A DNA stretch of 64,000 nt from an uncultured Candidatus Saccharibacteria bacterium (GCA_964536485.1 CAZHXX010000004.1:25457-89456), one strand, 5' to 3'; shown: positions 1 to 8,927, numbered from the stretch's first letter. Numbers and translations are program-made. The notes: generated by a model from the sequence alone, not told the origin.

Positions 1-915
1 CCCAAGGCCAAAGCCTTTTTCACCATTTTTTGTGCGTGAACTATCAGCACGATAAAAACGCTCAAATATGTGAGGCAAGTCTTCTTCTGGTATGCCTTCG
101 CCTTCGTCGATTACTTTTATAACAGCTTTCTTGCCCTCAATTTCGGTAACGATTTTTATGCGCGCTTGCTCGGGGCTGTACTTCACGGCGTTATCTAGGA
201 GCACGACTAGTGCATCGGTGACTGCTTCTTGGTTTACGAGTACTTTTTTATTCGGAAGCTTGGTAACCGTAAATGACTGCCCTTTGTGAGAAGCAAGTGG
301 TTTTACTCTACTTACCGCTCCTTCAACAATAGCGGCAACTTTATAAGGCGCTTTTTCTAGTGTTTCTGATTCAAGGCGCGCCATTTTAAGCATATTCTCT
401 GTCAGGGCAGTAAGTTTATCGAGCTCTTCTATGGTGCTGGCAAGCTGTGTCCGCGCGTCATCTATAGTAAGCGAAGGATCGCTAAGTGCAATCTCATTCT
501 CTATACGCATAGCCGCAATAGGAGTTCGCAGTTCGTGAGACGCATCTGCAGTAAAGCGACTCTGAGCCTCATGAGCCTCTTCGATAGGCCTGAGTGTGCG
601 TCGGGCTAAGAAATAGCTTGCCACGCCACCTGCGACGGCTATCGAGATATTAAGTACAAAAAACTGTACCAATAAGTTATTACGGGCATGTTCGACACGC
701 TCAGTCTGGGCTTCATATAGTTCTTGGGCAAAACTTGAATTTTCACGCAAGAGGATTTGCTCGATCGGGCCAGGTGGCCGATGAATACTTCTCTGAATTT
801 CTCGAAAAGAAACGTTGTAGAGCAAAATACTAAAGAGCAGGCTGATGCACATAATGATACTCACGTAGATACTCGTGAGTTTTATTGATGCATTATGGAA
901 TAGATTTTTTTTCAT
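1..915 (-). CDS. Sensor histidine kinase, partial (N-terminus at 915; 3' end runs off the window)
   Basis: The reverse frame is open from the ATG at 915-913 to the window edge, so it is absent from the ORF track (no stop in window). My translation reads MKKNLFHNASIKLTSIYVSIIMCISLL..., with the H-box ADASHELRTPIAAM (reverse complement of about 505-545) and an ATPase region LLDNAVKYSP...VIDEGEGIPEEDLPHIFERFYRAD. It starts 6 nt after the response-regulator stop. Confidence 0.85.
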   Translation of the reverse strand, partial: MKKNLFHNASIKLTSIYVSIIMCISLLFSILLYNVSFREIQRSIHRPPGPIEQILLRENSSFAQELYEAQTERVEHARNNLLVQFFVLNISIAVAGGVASYFLARRTLRPIEEAHEAQSRFTADASHELRTPIAAMRIENEIALSDPSLTIDDARTQLASTIEELDKLTALTENMLKMARLESETLEKAPYKVAAIVEGAVSRVKPLASHKGQSFTVTKLPNKKVLVNQEAVTDALVVLLDNAVKYSPEQARIKIVTEIEGKKAVIKVIDEGEGIPEEDLPHIFERFYRADSSRTKNGEKGFGLG

Positions 916-921
916 GCTGAT

Positions 922-1599
922 TTACTTCAGGCCAAAACTGTAGCCAAAGCCTCGTCTCGTTCTAATAAGGTTAGGAAGGTCTGTAAAGGGTTTGTCGATT
1001 TTGTTACGTAAATAACCGACGTATACCTCAACCGTGTTTGGCAAAATATCCGCATCATAATCCCACACATGTTGAATGATATGTTCTTTTGTGACAATTC
1101 GTCCTTCACTACTCATAAGGTATTCTAGCAAGGCAAATTCTTTGGCAGTGAGCTCTATCTGACTTCCGTTGCGGATAGCGGTAAAGCTGTCGCGGTCAAG
1201 GATAAGCCCACTTGCTTCTATGGTCGTGTCCTGGGCTTCTTTGGGCCGGCGTAAAAGTGCACGAACTCTGGCAAGGAGCTCGATAAATGCAAAGGGTTTT
1301 ACGAGATAATCATCCGCTCCCGTGTTGAGCCCGTCAACACGGTCGAGCACTCGGTCCTTTGCGGTTAAGAGAAGTACTGGAGTGTGTATTGAAGCTTCTC
1401 GCATGGACTTCAATATGTCGAGCCCATCAACTCCAGGGAGCATGCGGTCAAGAATCACAAGGTCATAAGGTTCTGTCGTTGCCATAGCGAGCCCCTCTGT
1501 GCCGTCATGGCACATATCAACGGCAAAACTTTGACGCTCTAGCCCGCGCTTTACGGCTTGGGCGATTTTATGGTCATCTTCTACGATAAGGATTCTCAT
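922..1599 (-). CDS. OmpR-family response regulator
   Basis: 225 aa. Receiver domain MRILIVEDD...DLVILDRMLPGVDG...LLLTAKD. C-terminal winged-helix output LTAKEFALLEYL...IRTRRGFGY. Confidence 0.9.
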   Translation of the reverse strand: MRILIVEDDHKIAQAVKRGLERQSFAVDMCHDGTEGLAMATTEPYDLVILDRMLPGVDGLDILKSMREASIHTPVLLLTAKDRVLDRVDGLNTGADDYLVKPFAFIELLARVRALLRRPKEAQDTTIEASGLILDRDSFTAIRNGSQIELTAKEFALLEYLMSSEGRIVTKEHIIQHVWDYDADILPNTVEVYVGYLRNKIDKPFTDLPNLIRTRRGFGYSFGLK

Positions 1600-1640
1600 A
1601 CTATGTATTATACGGCTGAGTCTGAGAAAAGGCTGAAAAG

Positions 1641-1675
1641 CAAAAACACCCCGATTGCTCAGGGTGTTTTTATTT
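1641..1675 (-). terminator. Intrinsic terminator downstream of the RRM gene (bidirectional-looking)
   Basis: Stem aaacaccc (1644-1651) pairs with gggtgttt (1662-1669) around a 10-nt loop, flanked by A and T runs. It lies between the RRM stop (1690) and the response-regulator start (1599). Confidence 0.55.
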
Positions 1676-1689
1676 CTAGTCTGTTAGGA

Positions 1690-1938
1690 CTATCTTTCGC
1701 GTTCGCGTGCTTCACTTACGTGAATTGTGCGTCCACCAAGCTCTTTGTTGTCAAGACCAGCGATAGCTGCACGACCTTCGTCGTCGCTAGCGTATTCTAC
1801 GAATCCGAAGCCACGTGAGCGGCCGGTTTCGCGGTCAGTGATAACTTTTGCGCTTACGACTGAACCATAAGATGCAAATGCAGCTTGTAGTTCATCATCA
1901 GTAGTAGAGAACGGAAGTCCTCCGACAAATAGTTTCAT
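1690..1938 (-). CDS. RRM-type RNA-binding protein
   Basis: 82 aa with RNP-2 KLFVGGLPF and RNP-1 RGFGFVEY motifs. Confidence 0.9.
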   Translation of the reverse strand: MKLFVGGLPFSTTDDELQAAFASYGSVVSAKVITDRETGRSRGFGFVEYASDDEGRAAIAGLDNKELGGRTIHVSEARERER

Positions 1939-2112
1939 CTAGTGTGTTACTTTCCTCATTAATTTCACAGGCAAATCGACCATTCTTCCTAATGAGATTT
2001 CGTAACTGATTTTTCGTATACTATTCACTCTTATAAAGACTCTTGCAAGCACATTATCCCACAAAATATTAAAAACAACTAATTATTAATTGTTTTTAAA
2101 ATAAAAGTAGTG

Positions 2113-3510
2113 TTATCGGCAAATAATCTTTGCCGCACAAAGGCGAACTGCTTGCGACCAGGTAGGGAAGGCGTGCATTGTGTAGTCAATCTTAGAAGCT
2201 TTCATCCGCCACTGGACTGCAAGCACGAGCTCTTGAATCATTTCACCCGCTCGCGGTGCAACGATTGACGCACCAAGGATACGTCCTTTTTTGTCGGCAA
2301 TAATCTTTACAAAGCCAGTATCTTCTTGAGAGGTGTTTGCTCGCCCAATGACGGAAGTGGGCACCATTGCTACTTGGTATTTTTTGCCCTTGGCCCTTAA
2401 CTCATTTTCTGTTGCGCCAACAGAAGCAAATTCTGGGCTCACAAATATACAGCGGGGAACGGCTCGGTAATCTGCTCGGTGCTTAAGCTCGCTAAACATG
2501 TTTTGTGCAGCTAGCCTACTTTGATAGCTGGCAACATGAGTAAACATATAGCCTCCAGTCACATCCCCGACTGCATAAATATGAGGCATCGATGTTTGCA
2601 TATAACTGTCAACTTCAATACCTCGTTTTGAATCATATATAACGTGCGCGTTCTCGAGCCCAAGGTCCGTGTTGGGGACTTTCCCTGAAGCAAGCAGGAT
2701 ATCGTCAACTACGAGCTTGTGAACGGTGCCGTCTTGCTCATAAGCTACAAGCTTTTGTGAGCCTTTTTTCTCAACTCGCAACACTTTTGCATTTGTGTGA
2801 ACGGCAACACCATCTGCTTCAAAGATAGCCTGTAGTAAGTCACCCATCTCCTCGTCCTCACGCATAATAAGACGTGGTGCCGATTCTATGATGTGTACTT
2901 CAGCACCAAAAGTAGCAAAATAGTGCGTGAACTCGGCGCCAATTGCACCGCCACCAATAACACAGAGTTTTTTGGGTAGCGACGTCAGCTCAAGTGCTTG
3001 CCGGTATCCCATATAGCCTGTTTCTTTAAGCCCTTGAATAGGGGGGATAAAATTGTGTGTGCCAGTTGCAATCAGAAATGTGTGGGCAGTATAACGCTTG
3101 CCATGCACGCTTAAAGTCCACGGGTCCATGAAATGTGCATGGCCCTCAATGACAGTAATGCCTTCTGCCTCGTAGGCTTCTCTTCCTTCTTCTGTTCCTG
3201 TGTTGTGTACTGCTTCATCCTTCCATTTTTTTATAGCAGGGAAGTTTACGGAGACATTCTTGACGGTAATACCAAAGTCAGAAGCTTGCATAACCGTGCG
3301 GTATGTCTCGGCTGATTGCAGGAGCGCTTTCGTAGGGACACAACCAAAATTTGGGCATTCGCCTCCAAACTTTTCTTGTTCAACGACGGCAACTTTTTTA
3401 TTCTTGGCTCGCGCCATATGGGCGGCAACGCCTCCGCCTGCACCAGTGCCAATGACAATCAAGTCAAAATCTATTTCTTTTGGTTTCTTTGGTTTTGTTC
3501 TATATGCCAT
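2113..3510 (-). CDS. Class I pyridine nucleotide-disulfide (FAD) oxidoreductase, dihydrolipoyl dehydrogenase / glutathione reductase-like
   Basis: 465 aa. FAD fold DLIVIGTGAGGGVAA, redox-active CPNFGCVPTK (CxxxxC), second Rossmann motif VIGGGAIGAEF, dimer-interface motif HAFPTWSQ. It has an unusual C-terminal tail LCAAKIICR with two Cys. Confidence 0.85.
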   Translation of the reverse strand: MAYRTKPKKPKEIDFDLIVIGTGAGGGVAAHMARAKNKKVAVVEQEKFGGECPNFGCVPTKALLQSAETYRTVMQASDFGITVKNVSVNFPAIKKWKDEAVHNTGTEEGREAYEAEGITVIEGHAHFMDPWTLSVHGKRYTAHTFLIATGTHNFIPPIQGLKETGYMGYRQALELTSLPKKLCVIGGGAIGAEFTHYFATFGAEVHIIESAPRLIMREDEEMGDLLQAIFEADGVAVHTNAKVLRVEKKGSQKLVAYEQDGTVHKLVVDDILLASGKVPNTDLGLENAHVIYDSKRGIEVDSYMQTSMPHIYAVGDVTGGYMFTHVASYQSRLAAQNMFSELKHRADYRAVPRCIFVSPEFASVGATENELRAKGKKYQVAMVPTSVIGRANTSQEDTGFVKIIADKKGRILGASIVAPRAGEMIQELVLAVQWRMKASKIDYTMHAFPTWSQAVRLCAAKIICR

Positions 3511-3520
3511 ACCTGTTCTC

Positions 3521-3790
3521 CTACCAAATTACCCGATGATGTAGATACATATAAGCAGCATCCGGGTGGTACACCTGCAAATGTCGGGCAGCCATATGAC
3601 GAATATCATTGCTTGTCACTTCGTATTTTTTAGCAATCCATTCGTTCATGTCTTTCGCCACTTTGTCAGCGATAAGTTCAGCGCTTCCCATCGGTTCGCG
3701 CACTGATTGACATGCAGAAAAAATACTCGCATAGAGTTTGCGTTCGTCGTAGAGTTCATTATGACCGGCTCGTTTTACGACATGTTTCAT
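3521..3790 (-). CDS. Stand-alone ATP-cone domain protein
   Basis: The track ORF 3521..3904 overlaps the upstream gene by 109 nt. I trimmed the start to the internal ATG at 3790, giving MKHVVKRAGHNELYDERKLYASIF..., a typical ATP-cone N-terminus. No Zn-ribbon CxxC is present, so this is not a full NrdR. Confidence 0.75.
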   Translation of the reverse strand: MKHVVKRAGHNELYDERKLYASIFSACQSVREPMGSAELIADKVAKDMNEWIAKKYEVTSNDIRHMAARHLQVYHPDAAYMYLHHRVIW

Positions 3791-3795
3791 GCTAG

Positions 3796-4500
3796 TTACC
3801 CAAGGTTTATTGTTCCGTTTGCAATCATTATCAAAATCCACCCAAGCGCCACTAGGAGAAGTCCCATACCGAGACGCATGGTACCTTTTGACTCTTCTTT
3901 CCACTTGCTCACATCACTAATTTTTGTTCCACCAACAATCATCAGCAGTATTGTAATAAGTGGCGCAACAAAAATAATGTTGTAGAGCACCATAAGCCCC
4001 AGAGCGACAACATTAAAGTCCACACGGAGTATGGTGATGATCGCTAAGTAAGGCGCACCAGTACAAGGAAGTTCAACAGCAGCAACAAAGGCACCTAGAA
4101 GCATCACTCCCCAGATACTCTGATTTTGCGTCGACCAGTCATGTATCTTGTTGGCAAATTTTGTTGGGATCTGCAAAGAAAATCCCTTGCCGTACCAGAA
4201 GAAATCTTTTATCTCAAGAACGCCAGCTGCGATAACGAGTAAGCCCACAGCAATGCTTAAGTACTCTGCAATGACAATCGGTATGGCAGAGAAAAAATAT
4301 ACGAGTCCTAGGCCTGCAACGAGGTAGGTTGCAAAGATAGCAAATATGTACGCGGTGCCAACTTTTAAGAGACGTGCTGGGCTTCCACCTTGGCCCAACA
4401 CGACAGACACCATGAGTATCAAAACGCCAATCGCACAAGGGTTAATAGAGTCGATCGCAGCAGAGCCAACAACCAGCCCAAGAGTTGGTAAATCAAGCAT
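3796..4500 (-). CDS. CcdA/DsbD-family thiol-disulfide transporter (cytochrome c biogenesis protein transmembrane region)
   Basis: I trimmed the start to MLDLPTLGLVVGSAAIDSINPCAIGVL (ATG at 4500, 1 nt after the upstream stop). The protein is polytopic with two membrane-embedded Cys motifs: INPCAIG and ELPCTGAPY. Confidence 0.8.
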   Translation of the reverse strand: MLDLPTLGLVVGSAAIDSINPCAIGVLILMVSVVLGQGGSPARLLKVGTAYIFAIFATYLVAGLGLVYFFSAIPIVIAEYLSIAVGLLVIAAGVLEIKDFFWYGKGFSLQIPTKFANKIHDWSTQNQSIWGVMLLGAFVAAVELPCTGAPYLAIITILRVDFNVVALGLMVLYNIIFVAPLITILLMIVGGTKISDVSKWKEESKGTMRLGMGLLLVALGWILIMIANGTINLG

Positions 4501-4501
4501 A

Positions 4502-5452
4502 TTAGAGCGCCTCCTGATCGTATAGTTGGTTAACAGCGTCACGGAAAGGCGTAGCTTCTGACTCTCGTATATTGCAAAGCTTAGGGTTATAGCTAGAAAC
4601 ACCGAACTCTACGCATCGTGTCTCGTCTCGAATCCCGTACTGCTGGCAGAGTTTATCGGTACGACTCTTGAGTTTGTCGAACTCTACAATGACGCAGTCT
4701 CCCGGTGGCACCGTAGACTCATCGCGCATGACATAGTCTGCTGGATTCGAAAGCTTGGTTTGGGTATAGGTTTTAGCTTCTTTGTCATAGCGTATAAGGA
4801 ATGTCTGGAGCTCTGCATAGCCGTCCGCACTACACCCAATGCCGTTTTGTGCGGTGAGAATAGTATTCCCGTTGCTATCTGTGCTAACCATGTTTTTTAT
4901 GAGTTGTTGGTCGCCAGATGCTTTGTCTCCATCGTTGTCATCTTCAAAAATAGCCGGTTCGGTAGGAATAATAATTTTGTCTTGACGAATCTCGCCGCCA
5001 GTAACTTTCATAAATTTTTGGAGCGATGCATCGTAGTCTTTGTCTACGACGACACCTTCAAGGTGTATCCGCTTGTCGTCGTGCTCATGAAATGTACTGG
5101 TGCCAACTTTGTTGCTTAGGAATTCGTGTGGGTCACGGAGCTCGATTTCTTGACCGCACACCCAGAACTCAATGTCGGCATGCCAGTGCACCGGACCTTT
5201 TGAGTCGGAAATGGTATTGATATAGACGGTTGAGACGGTCAAGACGAGAGAGGGCACAATGATGGTGCCAGCAATGGCAAGAAAGAGTGGTTTCTTGAGA
5301 TTTTTGTGCTTTTTCTTGGTAATTATTCGAGAAGAAACAACAATAAGTGCGATCAGAACAAGAGACGCAACTAGGACAAGCCGAATGCTCAAGGCATTTA
5401 TACGACTTTCAATATCTCCCTCTGTGCTCGCAAGCAGTCCTAGCAGTTCCAT
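4502..5452 (-). CDS. Membrane-anchored exported Cys/His-rich protein of unknown function
   Basis: 316 aa. It has an N-terminal TM segment (LVLVASLVLIALIVV) followed by VHWHADIEFWVCGQEIEL...STFHEHDDKRIHLEG and 7 Cys. It is the first gene of a tightly packed four-gene operon. Confidence 0.6.
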   Translation of the reverse strand: MELLGLLASTEGDIESRINALSIRLVLVASLVLIALIVVSSRIITKKKHKNLKKPLFLAIAGTIIVPSLVLTVSTVYINTISDSKGPVHWHADIEFWVCGQEIELRDPHEFLSNKVGTSTFHEHDDKRIHLEGVVVDKDYDASLQKFMKVTGGEIRQDKIIIPTEPAIFEDDNDGDKASGDQQLIKNMVSTDSNGNTILTAQNGIGCSADGYAELQTFLIRYDKEAKTYTQTKLSNPADYVMRDESTVPPGDCVIVEFDKLKSRTDKLCQQYGIRDETRCVEFGVSSYNPKLCNIRESEATPFRDAVNQLYDQEAL

Positions 5453-5536
5453 AGCTGTAAACCCACCAAAAAATTAAATTGCTTATCGTTAAAATTCACT
5501 ATACCATAGGTGTTATTAGGGAACAACAGCTATTTC

Positions 5537-8356
5537 ATGAAGTGGTTTCAGAAAGACGTTCAGTCGATACTTAAAGAACAGATGGTGGTGGCCGAACACG
5601 GGCTTAGCACGGTGGTTGCCACGCAGCGCCAACAGAAGTTTGGCAAAAATCAGTTAGCGTCTGCGAAGAAGATTAACCCCTTAGCTCTTTTTATGGGGCA
5701 ATTCAAAGATGTGCTTGTCATTATCTTGCTAATCGCGGCGGTTGTCTCGTGGGGAGTAGGCGCTATTGGTGACGAAACACCAGCGCAGGAGCCTCACCAT
5801 TCAGCAGTCATCTGCGACCAGCGGGGCCTGCAACTAACCACTAGTGCGTCCGAGGAATGTAATGCCAATGTTGTTCAAAAAAGCCACTCATCCGAGGGTG
5901 CACAAGAGGCGCTTCTGATAATTGCTATCGTTATTGCTATAGCAACCATAGGGTTTTTTAATGAATACAAAGCAGAGAAGACGGTTGAAGCCCTTAAGAA
6001 GCTCGTAGGACAAAAAGCCAAGGTGAGGCGCGGTGGCACGGTGCAAGAGATTGATGCTGTCGATATCGTCCCCGGAGATATTGTCTTGCTTGAAGAAGGG
6101 GCGAAAGTCCCAGCGGACCTACGGCTTATTCAGGTGAGAGGACTGCAGATAAACGAAGCAAGTTTGACGGGTGAAAGTGTGCCTGTATCAAAACAGCAAG
6201 AGCTCATAAAAAAAGAGGCGACGCTGGGAGACCAAAAAAATATGGCTTTTGCAGGGACTTTTGTGACGCAGGGAACAGCAGAAGGCGTTGTGGTGGCGAT
6301 AGCTCAGCAGACAGAGCTAGGGAAAATAGCTACCTTGGTTAATGACATTGAGACAGAAGAGACGCCCATGCAGAGAAAACTTGATGAGCTTGGAAAAAAG
6401 CTGGGAATTTTGATACTTGCTATCTGTGCAATTGTTTTTGTTATTGTCCTGCTACTTGTTGATGAGGCAAAAGATCGGGACTTTCTGCAACGGGCAATTT
6501 TTGCCTTTACGGCAGCAGTGGCACTCGCAGTCGCGGCAATTCCTGAGGGGTTAGCGTTTGTGGTGCGAATTAGCCTCGCGCTGGGGGCACGCAGAATGGC
6601 GAGCAAAAATGCGCTTGTCAGAAGGCTTAGTGCAGTTGAAGCACTTGGAAGTACCGATGTTATTTGTTCAGACAAAACAGGAACACTAACAAAAGGTGAG
6701 ATGACCGTACGAGAAATTTATGCCGGAGACCAAACAATCGAAGTGAGTGGGACCGGCTATGAGCATCATGGGGATTTTGAAGTTGAAGGAAAAAAGGTAG
6801 CGTTGACTCATGCGCATGAACGGCTGTTACTTATTGGTGCTTTGTGCAATAACGCACGGCTAAAAGGTGAGGCTGTTTTGGGAGACCCCACAGAAGGAAG
6901 CCTGCTTATCTCGGCTATGAAGGCAGGCTATAACTACGAAAAAGTACAAGAAAATTACGCCCGCGTGAACGAAATTCCTTTTACGAGTGAGAGAAAATTT
7001 ATGACTACCATTCACCGGGTTGCGAGCAATCACTTTTTTGTTGCTTCAAAAGGTTCTGTGGAGGCAACTTTGGTACGATGCACGCATATGCTTTCAAAAA
7101 GTGGCAAAGTGATAAAGCTCAAACAAGAAGATAAGGAACGCATTCTTTTAAAGAACAACGAGTTCTCGCGCAAGGCTCTCCGGGTGCTCGCCTTTGCTTA
7201 TAAAGAAGAAAAAACAGAGCCAAAAGAAACAAAAGCGCTTGAAAAAGGGCTCGTGTTCGTCGGCCTGCAGGCAATGATGGATCCACCTCGAACAGAAGTT
7301 ATTGAAGTGATTCACCGCGTTCAGACAGAAGCCGGCATGCGCGTCATCATGATAACGGGTGACTATATAGAGACAGCAAAGGCCGTCGCAGAAGAAGTCG
7401 GTATTAACGGAGAAGCCATAAGTGGTGCTGAGCTAGAAGCTATGAGCCAAGAGGAATTCGAGGCTCGAGCAACCACTATATCAGTCTATGCTCGCTTAAA
7501 CCCAGAGCATAAGATTCGCATTGTTAAAGCCTTAAAAAAGCATGGCTACCAAGTCGCTATGACAGGTGACGGGGTAAACGACGCGCCCGCAATAAAAGCA
7601 GCAGATATTGGTATTGCCATGGGGATCACGGGGACCGATGCTAGCAAAGAAGCCGCAGATCTTATCTTGCTCGATGATAAATTCTTAACAATTATTAGCG
7701 CCATAGAAGAAGGACGCGGAATCTTTGACAATGTCCGAAAATTTGTAAACTTCCTTATCTCGTGCAATATAGCCGAGGTACTTGCCATTTTGTTTGGCAT
7801 CTTATTCTTTAACAATTTGCTCCTCACTGCAGCGCAACTACTTTTCATAAACATCGTGACCGATGGTCTCCCGGCAGTAGCATTAGGGAGTGACCCTACT
7901 CGGGCAGATGTCCTTAAGGCAAAGCCAAGCCGTTTTCAAGAAGCAATCCTGACAAAACGCGTGTGGACCGAGATTTTTATTTTTGGGTCTCTCATGACAG
8001 CTATCCTGCTTGTGCAGTATTGGTACAACCACACACATGAAAGCACGATGGCTGGTGTGTCGGCAGCTTTCACTGCAATGGTTGTCTACGAGCTTGTTCG
8101 TCTTGTAGACATTCGAACCGACTATAAAATTCGTTGGTTTTCAAATCCGCTTTTGTCAGTTTCGCTTCTTTTTTCTCTGCTCTTACAGTTTACCGTGCTC
8201 TACATACCGTTTTTGGCATCGTACTTTGAGGTAGGACCACTATCAAGTCATGACTGGTGGTTTATGCTGGGGGGATCCCTCGGCCTCTTCGTTACTATGA
8301 AGCTTCTTAATCCTCTTCTCGATAGTGTTGTTGGTCCTGAAAATCACGCAGCTTAG
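5537..8356 (+). CDS. P-type cation-transporting ATPase (P2, Ca2+/Mg2+-type)
   Basis: Motifs present: TGES, phosphorylation site CSDKTGTLT, MITGD, hinge TGDGVNDAPAIKAADIGIAMG, and IPEGLAFVV in TM4. I prefer the ATG at 5537 (MKWFQKDV...) over the track GTG start at 5510. Confidence 0.9.
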   Translation: MKWFQKDVQSILKEQMVVAEHGLSTVVATQRQQKFGKNQLASAKKINPLALFMGQFKDVLVIILLIAAVVSWGVGAIGDETPAQEPHHSAVICDQRGLQLTTSASEECNANVVQKSHSSEGAQEALLIIAIVIAIATIGFFNEYKAEKTVEALKKLVGQKAKVRRGGTVQEIDAVDIVPGDIVLLEEGAKVPADLRLIQVRGLQINEASLTGESVPVSKQQELIKKEATLGDQKNMAFAGTFVTQGTAEGVVVAIAQQTELGKIATLVNDIETEETPMQRKLDELGKKLGILILAICAIVFVIVLLLVDEAKDRDFLQRAIFAFTAAVALAVAAIPEGLAFVVRISLALGARRMASKNALVRRLSAVEALGSTDVICSDKTGTLTKGEMTVREIYAGDQTIEVSGTGYEHHGDFEVEGKKVALTHAHERLLLIGALCNNARLKGEAVLGDPTEGSLLISAMKAGYNYEKVQENYARVNEIPFTSERKFMTTIHRVASNHFFVASKGSVEATLVRCTHMLSKSGKVIKLKQEDKERILLKNNEFSRKALRVLAFAYKEEKTEPKETKALEKGLVFVGLQAMMDPPRTEVIEVIHRVQTEAGMRVIMITGDYIETAKAVAEEVGINGEAISGAELEAMSQEEFEARATTISVYARLNPEHKIRIVKALKKHGYQVAMTGDGVNDAPAIKAADIGIAMGITGTDASKEAADLILLDDKFLTIISAIEEGRGIFDNVRKFVNFLISCNIAEVLAILFGILFFNNLLLTAAQLLFINIVTDGLPAVALGSDPTRADVLKAKPSRFQEAILTKRVWTEIFIFGSLMTAILLVQYWYNHTHESTMAGVSAAFTAMVVYELVRLVDIRTDYKIRWFSNPLLSVSLLFSLLLQFTVLYIPFLASYFEVGPLSSHDWWFMLGGSLGLFVTMKLLNPLLDSVVGPENHAA

Positions 8357-8399
8357 ACGCACCAGGTACAGTTGCGCGAATTTATTAAATAAAATAGTA

Positions 8400-8428
8400 T
8401 TGACAAAAAACAAAGCATAAGCTATAAT
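8400..8428 (+). promoter_or_regulatory. Consensus sigma70-type promoter
   Basis: TTGACA (8400-8405), a 17-nt spacer, then TATAAT (8423-8428), read directly from the sequence. Confidence 0.6.
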
Positions 8429-8489
8429 ACTGGTATTGTTGATAAAACAAAAACCATCAGCAAAACAAATATAAAAAAGGAACAAAAGT

Positions 8490-8639
8490 ATGGTCTTCGG
8501 ACTTGGAACCAAAAAGGTTCATAAAGAATCAAAGTCATCAGCTAACGCGACAACTACGAGCTCTCAAGCTGAAGAAGCGGCAGAAATGCTGAAAAAGATG
8601 GAAGCAAAAAAAGACGCAGGCGATTGCCCGTTTTGTTAG
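8490..8639 (+). CDS. Candidate 49-aa micro-protein ending in CPFC
   Basis: The ORF runs from ATG 8490 to TAG 8637-8639. It translates to MVFGLGTKKVHKESKSSANATTTSSQAEEAAEMLKKMEAKKDAGDCPFC. It starts about 60 nt downstream of the consensus promoter and has only a weak SD (aaaaagga). It falls below the track's size cutoff. Confidence 0.3.
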   Translation: MVFGLGTKKVHKESKSSANATTTSSQAEEAAEMLKKMEAKKDAGDCPFC

Positions 8640-8651
8640 CGTAAATCTCAT

Positions 8652-8927
8652 GAGACACCCCTTTTGGGGTTTCTCTTCCCGCGGGGGAGTGGAGTAACTC
8701 CACTCCGACGGGTGCTCTTCCGGAAGAAGAAAAGCACAGAGAATAGTTTTTGGCGGGGACGAGTGATTTTAAAAACAAAAATAAAAATGTTTCTCTAAAA
8801 TCGCTCGCAACCCATCAAAAAGTTTCGAAAAATTTAATAAAAATCGATTGTTTTTCGAAGCACACCTATGACATACTAGTGAAGTCATAGACAAATCAAT
8901 AAAACTTTTAAAAACAAAAAGTTTTAT
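8652..8927. other. Run of seven consecutive stem-loops in non-coding DNA (candidate structured RNA, function unknown)
   Basis: Hairpins read by eye:
- gagacacccc/ggggtttctc (8652-8675)
- ggagtggag/ctccactcc inside cccg/cggg (8678-8712)
- gtgct..agcac (8712-8737)
- cgagtgatttta/taaaatcgctcg (8760-8808)
- tttcgaaaaa/tttttcgaag (8823-8870)
- ctatgac/gtcatag (8875-8899)
- ataaaactttt/aaaagttttat (about 8899-8927). Confidence 0.4.

Noticed and set aside
92-289. 65-aa plus-strand ORF at the left edge
   Set aside because: It lies antisense inside the histidine kinase gene, whose H-box and ATPase motifs are unambiguous on the minus strand. The ORF product has no motif.
3796-4602. Long N-terminal extensions of the CcdA-like ORF (to 4602) and the ATP-cone ORF (to 3904), which would create overlaps of 100 and 109 nt
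   Set aside because: Internal ATGs at 4500 and 3790 give canonical family N-termini and remove the overlaps, leaving 1-5 nt spacers. I treat the extensions as non-coding read-through of the ORF finder.
8554-8778. 74-aa minus-strand ORF across the hairpin region
   Set aside because: It spans the GC-rich palindromic hairpins, so it is open on both strands by symmetry. It has no start context and a low-complexity product, so the region is better explained as structured RNA or DNA.
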